DNA of 64,000 nucleotides, from assembly GCA_043228905.1 (NCBI GenBank), contig JBHGNT010000021.1, positions 4,216,001 through 4,280,000 on the forward strand. The letters are read 5' to 3'. Origin of the DNA: Azolla caroliniana. Its lineage: Eukaryota; Plantae; Polypodiophyta. The number at the start of each line of letters is the position of its first letter. Positions within the stretch are counted from its first letter, which is position 1. Shown piece after piece: positions 11,413-24,524 of the stretch. Made by a program: the position numbers and the translations under genes. The notes under the pieces are model-generated. The model had not been told where the DNA came from, did no database searches, and worked only from the letters and a program-made list of their open reading frames with translations.

Positions 11413-13615
11413 TGTCGCGAAAATCCACGGGTACGTGTCGGCTTGGGCAAGACCACGAGGGTCTTGGCCTAAGGAGTAGAGGGGAAATGGGAGCTTATCC
11501 TTACGGCCTTCGAGCTCAAAAGGGTAGGAGAAAGAATAAGAGATTAACATGGTAGAGAAATAGATGGAGACAAGGTTCACCAAACTAATTCCATTACGAG
11601 GCACAAAAGCCACAAAATGATTACAAGCACGACCAATTAGGCCAGACCCAAGCACAACTGGAAGAAACGATAATGACTAAGGAGAGAGAGAATGAAACCC
11701 TAAACCTTCCTAACTACTACCACGATGACCAAACAAAAAAACCCTAAAACGAAATAGGTAAAGATGAAGTAGAAACACCCTAACAATCTACCTCTAACAA
11801 CAAAATGGCGACCCTCTCAATCGTGACCTCTCACTCCCTTTTATAGTAGTAAGGAGTGAGGCACATTACAAAAGAGAAGCCAAATATTGCCTTCATTCAA
11901 TAGGGAATATTTGCCTTGATCTTAGGAGGAGAGATTGATGGAGCCTTAACTCCCTCTCCTCACACACACACTATGCCCCACTACTCAGTACACCCGTACT
12001 TCCATGTACTCCCCTTTTGTCTACATGTGCATGTGCACATAATTATACATCACATTTACACTTTACGAACTTTATGGTGCACTTTAGCACCTTACATTTT
12101 ACATTTGTCCCTATTCTTATTTTACAAATTCACTATGTGCATGTGCAATGTTGCACATCCCGTTTTTACTCGTTCCGCTCGGGTTTCTCACCATGGACGA
12201 AAATCACGACATCCACCCCCACCAAACCACACATCCACCAGTATGTGCTAAGAAAGGGAAAGAGGTGAGATTTTCGGTAATGGTAATCAACCGAGTCCCT
12301 TTTTCATCCTCGTCGACTTCGCCCGACTTCGTCTTCCACTTCGAGCATGCCCATCCTTTCCACACGAACGGTCGTAGCCTCACGATCCACCATATCCGCC
12401 GCATGTTCTCGAACCATCGGCTATATCCGATCCACCATATCCGACGCTCGCACCTTCCTTCCCGGTCGGTCATAGTAGACCTTTCGAACGATGTCGTCTA
12501 TCCGACCGCTCTTCTTTTTTCCGTCGTGCATGTCCTCCGATTGGACCCCCGACCACTCCGACCGCATATCGAATACCATCCCTCGTGCACCTCGTATGTC
12601 CCTCCTTCAAACCGACCATCTCCTCGTCCCAAGCACCTCGGCGTGCCATCTCCCTTCATTCTGAAGGCTCCACCCGTACATCAACGTCGATCTCCCAATA
12701 CGTGCTCGTTCCTAGGTCCTTAAGTGACCACATTACACGCTCCTCATTTCACCCTTGCTTATGGTGATCTCTCATGGTAGAGTGCACCACCATCCCGAAG
12801 TCCGTGTCGGTACTCTTCGCTTCCGCATCCTTCGTTGCCTCTGTCATCGTTGTCTTGTTGTCCCGACGGACACCTCTCGAATCCACTTGGCCCTCGTACC
12901 TCACAGTGGTGCTCCGGTCACCTACTTCGGCACCCTCGTCCACTTCGACCCCCGACTCGTCGTCACCACCCGCAGTCTCTTCGATCTTACGTTGATCCAC
13001 AACCGCCAAAGTCTCAAGAGTAGGTGTAGAGGGTTCCTCTCGTTCTCGATCTTCCACCGAGTCATACTCATCGTGCCCACTTGGCCTCCTCGTGCTCATC
13101 GGCTTCAACCAGGTGTTGTGGCTCGTTCGCCTCGATCGTCGATTAGACTAGCTTAGCCCTTGTCCGGATCGGTCTCGGTTGTTCGGTCTTCGGTTCGGTC
13201 AGCCTTCTTTTGCATTCGCATTCAGCCGAACAATTTCGACCGATTCAGCTACTTTTCGGCTCGGGCTTGGCCGATCGGTTCGGACCGAGTCGGCCCCCTT
13301 TCAGTTCTTCTTCTGTTAGGGCTGGAATACCGGGCGGATTGTCTTCCATTTGAGTCGGATTACCGGCCGGATCGACTTTAGGTTGGATCAGTTTCCAACT
13401 CTCCTTTCCTTGCCGCTTCCAGCCTCTCCATCGAACTCCCCCATGGCCTTTCCTTTGGCCTCTTCGTCGGCCACCTTCCCTACGTGTATGTTGACCTCCG
13501 GCCACGTCTCCTCGCGGCCACCTCCCATCTCTCCAATCTTATGTTGGCAATTGGGCACAACCGCGGAAGTCTCCGAAACCAGTGTCAAGGGATCTCGTCT
13601 TCGTCCGCTACCAAT
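11413..13615 (-). mobile_element. 5'-truncated second copy (A') of the same family, tail-to-tail with A
   Basis: 3' LTR 11413-12211, PPT 12212-12225. The internal part is the reverse complement of ~9203-10551. Confidence 0.88.
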
Positions 13616-14021
13616 ATTCTCTCTTTCATCTCAATTATCTCTCTTCTACATTCTCTCTCTTCCTAGATTCTTCTCTCTCTAGAATCTACAACTCTTTAAA
13701 TGCCTTCTCTCTCTTCCACTTTTTTCAAGATATTCCCTCTTATTCCTAGTTTATTGTACTTGTTTGGTAGTACAAGAATCATTTAACTACCAAACAACCA
13801 TTTCACCCACATTCCCCAATTTTGTATAAATAGGTTGTGCCTGCCTTTTTTGTAAAGACTTTATTTTTGCTGCTACTTGAAAACAAGCTCTACTCTTTGG
13901 CTGTGTCTCAACTCTTTGCAACCATTTTTGCTACTGCTGTCCAACAGCCTTCTCACAACTTGGTTGTGTCTATTTTGTTCTGAAAATTGTTCCACTGCTG
14001 CTATTAAAAGCTTTTCCCACA

Positions 14022-16323
14022 AAGAAGGGGGTTTATACCACCCGAAAAGTTCCCTTGGAAAAGTCCAAATTTCATCTTGTTCAAGTACTTCGACCAACTC
14101 TATTACCCCTTTGTGGTACAAGAAGATCCCACATTGTGGCATGCTCGGTTTGGTAATCTACTATGCCTTGCTTCAAAAGCTACTCTTTGCAACTAGTTGA
14201 AGGTCTTCCTCTTTACAAAACTCCCAATGCCCATGTGTTGCTTATCTTCATGGCGAGCAACATTGAGAACCTTCCCCTCATCCAACCAGTCACCATGCAA
14301 AATCTATCTTGGAGTTAGTGCACATGGATCTTTGTGGTCCAACAAAAACCGCTACTCTTGGTGGTGCATGCTATTTCATGCTTATCATTGATAACTTCTC
14401 ACATATATTGTGGGTTTATTTGCTTGCAGAAAAATCTCAAGCCTTCACCAAATTTCAAGAATGGGTAGCTCTTATCGAGAACAAGACATCAAAGAAAGTT
14501 TGAAAGATCAGATTCAACAATGGTGGAGAGTTTATCTCACAAGCTTTCCCCCGTTTTTTGTTCTCAATGAGGCATTGCCACCAATTTTCTACAACCCAAT
14601 ACTCCTCAACAATGCTCTCTCAATTTAATCTTCCTCTCTTGTTTTGGGGTGAAGCTGTCAACACAACAGTCTACATCATAACTGTTTCCCAAATAAAGCA
14701 ATTGCTGCAACAACCCTGGCAGAAGTATTTACAGGTGTAAAACCCTCAGTTTCTCATTTACAAGTGTTTGATTGTGATGCTTATGTTTACATTTCAGATG
14801 ATAAAAGGACTAAATGTGAATCCAAAACCAAGAAATGCAAGTTCCTTGATTATATCACACAATCTAAAGCTTGGAGGTTATGGGATCTAGAATCAAAATC
14901 CCTATTCATGTCTAGGGATGTTCATTTTATGGAGTCTAAGCTGGATAACTCTAAGATTTTACTTGAGTTCACAGTTGAAATCCCAACTGCTCTGGAATCT
15001 CATATTCCAGATGAAGATGTCTCACCTTCAAGTTCCCCATCTCTCCCCACTCCCACTCAAATTCAAACTCAAACTCCACCTCCAACTCAAACCTCTCCCT
15101 CAACTCCAATAAATTCCCCTCCCTCCACACACCAACTTCCACCACTTTCAACGTGGATTCAAGCCACTGTTCGTCATTCCCACCTTTCCGATGTTGAACT
15201 TGAGTATACAGTTGGCTCTCCTACCAACACGTGAAGCACAAATTACAACAGCCTCATCACTCATGCAACTTTGCCTTCCTATGCACTGTTGTGCAATCAC
15301 AAACCCCCCCACTACAGCAAAAGGTCTTGTTGTTCTAGAGTAGAAAATTGGCAATGGAAGTTGAACTTAATTCCATTGAGCGGTGAAAAAAAATGGGAGT
15401 TGGTCCCTCAGCCTTAACATATGCAAGTCATTGGACTGAAATGGATTTTCAAGTCAAAGTATCATGTTGATGGTACTTTGGATTAGCGTAATGCACACTT
15501 AGTTGCAAGAGGCTACTCACAAAAATGGCCTATCTTTCAAATGGACTATGAGGAAATATTTGCTCCAACAGCAAGGCACACCTCTATCTGATGTGCTCTT
15601 GCACTTGCTGCTCACAACATATAAGTGGAGTGGACTATGAGGAAACCTTTGCACCAACAGCAAGGTACACCTCTATTCGATGTACTATTGCACTTGCTGC
15701 TCACATCCTATGGCCTATCTTTCAAATGGATCTCAAGTCAACCTTCCTTAATGACTTGAGAGAGGAAGTTTATGTAGAACAACCTCAAGGTTTCAAGATT
15801 TCAAATCAAAAAACTATGGTCTACAGGTTACACAAAGTCTTGTATGGCTTAACGCAAGCTCTCAAAGCTTGGTATGACAAAAATTCTTTCTCTCTCGTGG
15901 GTCTCAACATTGTTATGCTTCTTGGGTCTCAACATTGTTATACTGATAACAATCTGGAAATCTTTTCCCAAGATGATTTGTTATGCTTGATTATAGTATG
16001 TGTTAATGGCCTTCTAATTACAGGGTCCCTTGGTTCTAAAACAGAGCAGGTCCGTGCTGACCTCAAAACGACATTTGAAATGACTGATTTCAGACTTCTC
16101 CATTACTTATTAGATATGGAGGCTTATCAATCACATGGTGGTATGTTCCTCAACCAATATAGGTATCTCCGTCAACTCCTTGAGACCTATGGCGTGTCAA
16201 ATTGCAAGCCACTCTCATGTCCCATGGATCCAAACTCAAAGCTATCTCATGAAGATGATTCTCCCATATTTGAAGATATCATAAAATATAGAATGTTAGT
16301 TGGGTTTCTTCTTCACTTAATTT
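14022..16323 (+). mobile_element. Continuation of the same copia element: pre-integrase, integrase, RT (degenerate, truncated)
   Basis: Resumes with EGGLY after the insertion block. Contains LELVHMDLCGP, FWGEAVNT, DYEETFAPTARYTSIR, QMDLKSTFLN, LYGLTQA. Confidence 0.85.
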
Positions 16324-16615
16324 ACATCGGGAAAAGTTGTTGAAGAATACAGCCACACAAGCTCATCCACAGAACAACCACATCTTTCTTTAGCCCCATC
16401 ACTCCTACTAATGCTACAAGTCCATCAAGGGATACACAGATGGGCCCCAGACCAGGACATAACAAAGGGGTTACAATTGATCGAGCAATAGCAATTTGCC
16501 ATGCACGTAGACCCCGGCCCCATGGACCACGACCTCAACACCCTTGTCATCGACAAATAAAAGCCATTATCTCCCGCCATCGTAGGTGCTTCCCTTGCTT
16601 CAGAGACATTTCCAT
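16324..16615 (+). mobile_element. Internal fragment of the same LINE at the point where the copia is truncated
   Basis: Near-identical to 5171-5464. Confidence 0.85.
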
Positions 16616-17263
16616 TCATGATACATTTGCTGGACCGCATCCCACAACTCTTTTGTTGTCTATGCATCTTTGCCAAAAAAATGATGAGTGATTTGCAGCT
16701 TCACGTTTAACAGCATGAAAGCATGAGCACGACCATCTTTGTCTACCCAAGAGTCAATTATAGCTTGTATGGATGTTGAAGATAAACAATAGAAGTAGCC
16801 TTAAGATTGGTTGCATCTAGGAGATATTTAGTTTTCTTTGGATTGATAATTCAATCTTGATGTATAAGAGTTTGATGATGTCTAAAGTTAACATGTACAT
16901 TGTACACGTAATGTGGGACTCCTACATTTGCAATGTGGAAAGTATACATGTAAAAGATGAGTTGCTCATGACATTTTGAAAGGGTGCTGACAAAATGTTG
17001 TGAGCCACACTGTTATATATGTTCAAGCATGCATACATATACCTCTTCAAACATTCTAATGAGTTCAAATGAGGCTGAGCTGGTGAGCTGCAGGTGAACT
17101 GTGGCCACGAGGACACCTGTGAGACAAATCAGCAGAAAATGGCCACACATAAAAATAAATGGACGAAGAAAATGAGAGGCTTATTACGAAGTTCTAACAT
17201 GAAAGTCTAGCTTCCCCAAATAGGTATCTATTTAAATTGGCAGTTGACAAACGATGCCACTAA

Positions 17264-18110
17264 TGTATTGAACGCTAGATAAATGAGAGGAAAGAAAAGA
17301 GAGCTCAAGCTAGATAAATGAGAGGAGAGAAAAGAGAGCTCGAGCTAGATAAATGAGAGGAAAGTAGAATACTCAAGAAGAAGGTGTATATTTCACAAGT
17401 CGAATAAGATTTACAAAATGTAGCATAACAAGGAGTCACAACTGACTTAGTATGAAGTATGAGGAGGGTGCTTTATATAGAGTCACCCTCTCTCTTCATT
17501 AACTAACTACAACGACCACTCTCTCTATTGGGGAATGTGAAGACTCATAGTCGTGGGGAATATGTAACTCATTAGTTATGTGTCATAGAATATGATTCTA
17601 TGACACAGTTAATGTGTAGGTAGTGATGTGACTCTTGACCTTTGAGTAATCATAGATTCTCAAGAGGTGTATTCATTATATAGAGTCACCCTCTCTCTTC
17701 ATTAACTAACTACAACGACCACTCTCTCTCTTGGGGAATGTGTAACTCATTAGTTATGTGTCATAGAATATGATTCTATGACACATAGTTAACGTGTAGA
17801 GAGTAGTGGTGTGACTCTTGACCTTTGAGTAATCATAGATTCTCAAGAGGTGTATTCATTATATAGAGTCACCCTCTCTCTTCATTAACTAACTACAACG
17901 ACCACTCTCTCTCTTGGGGAATGTGAAGACTCATAGTCATGGGGAATATGTAACTCATTAGTTATATGTCATAGAATATGATTCTATGACACATAGTTAA
18001 TGTGTAGAGAGTAGTGGTGTGACTCTTGACCTTTGAGTAATCATAGATTCTCAAGAGGTGTGTTCACACGTTGCACTATGTTGAGCTTGATTCTCACATG
18101 CCCTCTCAAG
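17264..18110 (-). mobile_element. Copia-type 3' LTR + PPT with an internal triplication
   Basis: PPT cttgagagggca then TGTGAGAA at 18098 on the minus strand. Three ~180-200-bp units (~17476-18060), each with a ctctatataa TATA. Left boundary approximate. Confidence 0.7.
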
Positions 18111-18156
18111 CTCAACTCGAGTCAATTCCTCAGAAAGAAAGGAAGCTTAATCGACA

Positions 18157-18990
18157 ATGAATACTCAAATGGGGAGCGCTCTCCCTAGCGAGAAGCTAGA
18201 TCGAAACAACTTTGCATCTTGGGAGTACAAGATGCACCAGTACCTTGTCAGCCAAGGCTATTGGGGTTACATCAAAGGAGCACAAGAAAACCGACCCGAC
18301 CCGAAAGATGCCAACTACGTAACATGGGAGCAAGCGGCAAGCCAAGTGATGTATTGCTTGGTGACATGTGTTCACGACCACATGCTCGGCTACATTCGGG
18401 AATCCGAGACGTCGGAGGAAGCGTGGGAGAATCTACGAAAGATTTTCGCCGCCAACACGACCACGAGAAAGCTTCATCTCCACCAAGAGTTGAACAACAT
18501 CCAACAACAAAATATGTCCATCACAAGCTACACCTTGAAGATCAAGGAGCTTTGTGATGCACTCGGCTTGATAAGCGCCAATGTGGAGGATGACAAAATC
18601 GTGCAAATATGCCTCGACAGCCTTGCACCACGGTTCGGCGCGATACGGACCGTCGTACTAGCACGAGAGAATCCGCCCTCCTTTGATCTTCAATCCATGT
18701 TGTTGGTCAAAGAAAATCATGTTCAAACAAGGAGCAACGCCTCGGAAGGCCACATGCTCTACACGCATTCGGCCAGAGGAAGAGGACACGGTTGTGCAAG
18801 AAGAGGCTGATTCAGCCAAGGACGAGGCGAACTAGGCCCGATTTACGAAAAAAACTCTCAATTACGGCAACAAGATGGAGGCCATCAAGGAACCTTCGAA
18901 AGAAGGGGGAGCCACCATTCCGGTTCGAGCCAACAAACCTCAATCAAATGCGGATATTGCGGCAAAGTCGGCCACCGCGAAGAAGATGTG
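18157..18990 (+). mobile_element. Copia gag pseudogene
   Basis: EKLDRNNFASWEYKMHQYL..GYW, AWENLRKIFA, and zinc knuckle CGYCGKVGHREED after a stop. Truncated. Confidence 0.88.
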
Positions 18991-20111
18991 CAAGTCGGCT
19001 TCCACTAGTCGACAACTTTATTGACCACTGATTCTGTTCCAAATGTATGTTTGGATGGACTCATGCAATCCTGTACATGTATGTATAGAAACACTACATG
19101 CATTCATATTATGTATCACAAAAAAAAGTTTCCATGGAAGACAAATTAGTGGCAGAAAAGCCCAAATGTTTGCATTTTCATGAGAGGAGGCAATTTTTTG
19201 AAAATGACTGTACTTTTCTGGAGAGATGTTAACAAGGAAAGTCTTTGCCACAAATTCAACTTGCAATAGAGGGGACACAAAAACAAAGGCAAAAAAATAA
19301 ATAGACAAAAGGAACATAATTAACATTGTACCCATAAATATGAATGATAAAAGTTGCGTTTGTTAATCATTTCCCTCTTTCTCTGAGTCTCTCTCTCTCT
19401 CTGAGAGTTACTATGTTGCAAAGGAAATTCCACCAGAGTACATTTCATGTATTCAATGGACAAGTCTCCAAATTGCTTACATACCCCCACATGAAAAGGG
19501 AAGCCAAACCTAGGGGATAGGGGAGGAAAATAATCATAGATAATAACATAATGATGACCTCAAATATAAAAGAAGATAGAAACATCTGTTAATCAACAAC
19601 CAACAATCAGAAACAAAGTATCCTCTTTTCGAAATGCAGTATAAGAGATTACCCAAGCTGAGGTCACTTCCAAAAAAAACAATGGCTCAAATTTAAAATG
19701 GGAATTTTGCGGTCAATCCTATCACACTTGGAAATGAAATGAAACTCAAGTGTGCGGCATCCTTGTAAAAGGTTTTAAGTCCAAAACAAGACTCAATACA
19801 TCCTGTTAAGATTCCTCACAAAGTTCAAGGATATGAGCATTAACAAGTTCACATAGCACACTGTTTTACCTCCGTAGTTTTGAGTCACAAGTCATATCCA
19901 TTCCTCAGAAGTTGATGGATTCATGCTTATTAACAAGCTTTTAAACAAGACATTTTGCATCTTGGTAAGTCTTCTCACAAGCCAAAGGATTGTGCGTATC
20001 AACAAGTCCAAACAAGAAATATTTGCATGCAGTTGAGTTTCCTCCCAAAGTGTGTGCATCCATACAATAAATAAACTAAAAGTACTCAATGATAGCATAT
20101 ATGACAAGTAC

Positions 20112-20339
20112 CTGAAACATAGAGAGAGCAACCACAGCTTGCAAAGTCTGCTGCCAAAGAACACCTTTGATGACGGTTGAAAGCGAAACAACATTCTTTA
20201 CTTCCTCTTTGCGAGCATGAAGCCTATACCGTTCAGGAACAGGAATCGCATGATAAAATCCAGCGTATATCCAGTAAACAACAATGGGAGCAAGAGCTCC
20301 CATCACTTCATCACTAATATGTCCATCCCAAGGCACCAT
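20112..20339 (-). CDS. SBH: Sphinganine C4-hydroxylase, first coding exon (76 codons)
   Basis: MVPWDGHISDEVMGALAPIVVYWIYAGFY...RYRLH..KNVVS is a typical SBH N-terminus. Phase-0 donor CAG|GTACTT at 20112/20111. Confidence 0.93.
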
Positions 20340-20605
20340 TATGCTATGTGAAGGATATGCTTGTAAAGAATAGTATCACTGATATTATATATAATCCTTC
20401 ACATGAAGCTTAAGATTATGTATATATATATATATAATCCTTGAAGAACCGTATCAGATCCGATCTACTGCAGAAATTGATCAAACTTTCACCACGTGAG
20501 GGAAAAGATGCAAAACTGGATCTTTGAGAGGAATGCTGCATACAGTAGTTCTGAGCTGAATTTCATTCAACATCATCCTGCTTCTCTGAACATATCATTC
20601 CTCCC

Positions 20606-20790
20606 CTGTGCAGAGAAAACAGGCAAGTTTTAACAATAAATAAAATATATATATATAAAAAAACAAGAAAGCGGAGGAGTGGCGTAGGAGGGGGCATGCA
20701 CGTGTGCCACAAGAAGCTTGAAGGAAACGTAATGAAGAGTATAGAAACCCTAGGAAAGGAAAAATAGGAAACAGGCAGAGAAACGCTTAC
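20606..20790 (-). other. Probable 5'-UTR intron of the SBH gene
   Basis: Donor AAG|GTAAGC at 20791/20790 and pyrimidine-rich acceptor ttttctctgcacag| at 20606. A CT-rich leader lies upstream. Confidence 0.65.
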
Positions 20791-21249
20791 CTTGTCGTAG
20801 GGAAAGGGGCGATGGCGGATCTGCGCAACAGCAGAGAGTAGTCGTGGGGCGAAGAAGGGAAGGGAAGGGAAGGGAAGCGGACGGAGAGAGAGAGCTTTTA
20901 CCTGAATTTTTAGCTCATAATTACAAAAAATTGTAATGCTCTAAAGTTTAAACCATTCATTATCTGCCATTACAACAACCAAAAAAGCCCATAAGAAATG
21001 AGGCCACCTGATTCATTCATAATATGTACATATATATTTCCATCAAATCATCACATACATATTCCAATTGTGCCACAACCCCCAATATCCGGAACACGAT
21101 CTCCAATCCATCATTTCGACTACTCGAACATAATGAGCAAAAAAAAACCCATGATCGAGGCATCAAATAACAGTGACGTAATGCTTTGCAAATCTATGCT
21201 ATGTATTTCCAAATGAAATGAGCAAGAGTCACGCTCTCTCTCATACTAT

Positions 21250-21330
21250 CTTACCCCTAGTGGTAAGTTATTGAACTACCAACTTCACGGGCTTAGGTTC
21301 AAAGCTCGACGATCACACCTCTTTTTTGCT
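21250..21330 (+). other. tRNA-derived SINE head or pseudo-tRNA
   Basis: cctagtggtaag (A-box-like) ... ggttcaaagc (B-box-like) followed by a T run. No good cloverleaf. Confidence 0.4.
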
Positions 21331-22242
21331 TAAAATAGCACTATTAGATTTAGTTTACTTCAGTGGATAACCTTGCCAATTGACTACAACGATATGGGCA
21401 TTGTCTTTCTCTCTCTCTTTCTGTCATATATATGTTAATATATATAAAGCAATGATATAATAGGTCCACATTTTAATGTGTGTAATCAGATGTATAAAGC
21501 TTTATGATAACTTTATTGATACCCAATTGGAATTAAATAAATATAAATAGTAATATTATGAACCTATTTATCAAGGCGTGGTTGTAGCATGATTGACTCG
21601 CAAAATGTTGTTTTTTTATGAGCAATGTGGTGTACGTATTCATTGCTAATGTTTTATGAATACCAAGATTTTCGAGAGTCTTATAATGCTAGAAAAGGAC
21701 TATCAAAGGCACACAACATTTTGAAATAGTGATCACACTGTAGTTCAAACGCGAATACAATATTTCTTATGTTTTTTTCAAAAAAATAGCACCTACTGCC
21801 ATTGTGGCCCAAAGGGAAAATTTTGCATCTAGAATATGACACTCTTTACATAGGAGTCACAATTTATTGTGTGATGACATGCATTGTGATCGCAAAACAA
21901 GTTGAGGCATTCTAGATTAGGTCTTCTAGCTCTTGTTTTTTGAGGTGGGGTAAGAATGGTGCAAGGAGGAATGGTTGTCAACCTAGTCAAAATAGATCAA
22001 GCTTAGAGCGTCCAAGTTACAACCTTGAAATGGGCATGCTTGACAAAGTGAAAGGCAATCACTTTCATCACTAAGGTTATAGATTCAACTTAACTCATTG
22101 CGTACTTCAAGGGGTCCATCTTTGCATGGGGGGAGGGGGTGATGATGACCAATACCCCTGAGTGAAAACAAGCATTGTAGGACTTGCCATAACCTCCTAG
22201 TAAAGCATGATGCCACCCATTAAGCTTTAAATATGACGGGTT

Positions 22243-23617
22243 CAGAGCAAGAATTTGACGGGTGTCATGCTCATCAAAGGCCATTTTGCCCGTCAAAAAC
22301 ATACACTTAATAAAAATGCCCGTCAAGTGACATATGAAGTTGAAATTTCCATTTTTCATGTGAAAGGCCCCTACAAATTATGCATGTCAAACGACATGCT
22401 AAAATTCCATTTCCCATGTCATATATATTACATATATATACATATGTCACTTACTATAGATATTATGAAGTGTGTATAATAATATATTTATACTATATAT
22501 TTTTTTTCCAAAAATTTATATGTTTTATATAACACACTTGAAATAATATCATCATCAAATGGCCAATGGATCCACAACTGTCAATAGCTCATTTGTGGGA
22601 TATGCTTTGGTTATATGCACGACAACCAATTAATAGGCTTATGTGGGACCTTGGGGGATGGTTTTGGACCAATCCCATGATGGATCCATTGCAGAAAGTT
22701 CCATTCTTTCAGTACAATGTGAAATTTGGCAGAACCTTACTCATGTCTAAGAATATTCCAACTCTTGCAACTCAAAAGCACCGAAATAAGTGGAGTGTTT
22801 CAAGCAATCATTTGAAGGCATATTGGAAATGGATTTGGTCTTTCAAGGGACCAACGAAATAGATTTCCTTTAGATGGCTTTTACTACATGCAACACTACC
22901 AATAGGTTAGAGGAAGTTACCTCTGTTCACAGTCTCCTCTCAAGGATCGTTATAGAAATATCATCACCCCTGGTCCTTGCCATGACCACTTCTTTTGTAT
23001 ATAATATTCTCAGATTTTACATTTTTGTAGCCCTTCGATGCTTTTCTTAATACTAATGAAGGAAATCTTTTTGAAAAATAAAAATAAAAAACAAAAATAT
23101 CATCATCATATAATAATGATATACATATGTATATTCTCAAATATTTATTCTTTATTAATAATATTAGTTGAAATTTGATTGAAATTTTAAACAATAACCT
23201 TTATTAAATACTTCAAGAGCGTAAACTCTAGGTTTGATTTTAATGTTTTAAGTTTTAATTTAAAACTAAAATTTTTACTTACCATTTTAAGTTAAAACAA
23301 AAAAATTTACTAACCTTTTTTTTATAAAAATAACCTTTTTTTTTCATACTTATTAGTAAAAACATTAACCCGATATTTATTTTATGTATTTCATTATCTT
23401 TGTGAGGTACTTATGTTTATTTGTGCATCTTTGTGTACTTTCTATAGTAGTGAAATGTATAATAGTGAAACATCATATAAAGCTTTTCATTATTAAAATT
23501 TGTATGTCAAATGACATGTTAGTTTTTGCACTCTCATGTCATATGAGTCTATGACATACATCTTTCAAAAATGCCTGTCCAAAAACTTTAATACTAGCCT
23601 GTCAAATTCAGGCCTTG
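22243..23617. mobile_element. Non-autonomous hAT element
   Basis: Exact 8-bp TSD GACGGGTT (22235-22242 and 23618-23625). Imperfect TIRs cagagcaagaatttgacggg / cctgtcaaattcaggccttg. Subterminal cccgtca motifs. Confidence 0.75.
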
Positions 23618-24524
23618 GACGGGTTTATGAAAGGAGCGGACTTACCAACAATAGGAGTGACTTTCCAAAATTGAAGTACAAAATAGTTACTTAGTAACTG
23701 ATAGCTCTTTGTCAAATGAATGCACTAGCTGAAATAGTTTTAATTCAGAAGGGTTGAAGAAAAAAACCAATGCAAATGCAAGCACACATGGGTATCCTTA
23801 ATAGTCTAAATTGTGCGAAATACACGCCGATCATATATTGCAAGGATATGCCCCTTGCATATGCACTGACTTGTGCTAGCTGTCGTTGCCAAGTACCTTC
23901 AGTGCTAGCAAAGCAATTTCCATCTACAATTGTTTAACTTCTTCCATTCATACGCATGGAAATGCCACATGAATCTTGGTAATTGTGAGAGGGAATAGTA
24001 TTAATGCTTAATAAAATCAAATTTAGATTCTGCACAAAACTGAAGGACTTAAGTTACTAACGATTGCCAGTCCTTCGGTTAAAACAATAAAAGTAATCAG
24101 TGTTTCAGTGTATCCCGAAAAAACTGTTCTATGTTGATCACCACAGTAGAATTAGAAGCCTAATCTGTTTGCATGCCCTTCATATAATAAAAACTCATGA
24201 ATAAGAGAGTGATATAAAGTTTCAGTAAGTAGAGCCATAATTTGTGCACATGGGCTTTATATATCTATCTATCTATCTATCTATATATATATAAACTTAA
24301 AAAACTCTTGACTATCTATCTATCTATATATATATAAACTTAAAAAACTCTTGAATAAAAAATCAAAACCAACTTCCAAAAACATTTCTACATAGCTTTC
24401 TATGTCCTCCTCAGCTTAACTGCAATCAAGTGAACAAATACCAATATTTCTTTACATGGAGCATCAAGCTACAATCATTTTTGGAAGAATGCACACTGAA
24501 GATAGTGAATATTCTCATTTTACA

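Larger units (their letters stand above)
2178..20111 (-). other. 17.9-kb TE-filled GT-AG intron of the SBH gene
   Basis: Canonical splice sites join the two halves of one protein in frame. Confidence 0.9.

Noticed and set aside
21250-21330. Functional tRNA gene
   Set aside because: Acceptor and anticodon stems do not pair; at most a SINE-like relic.
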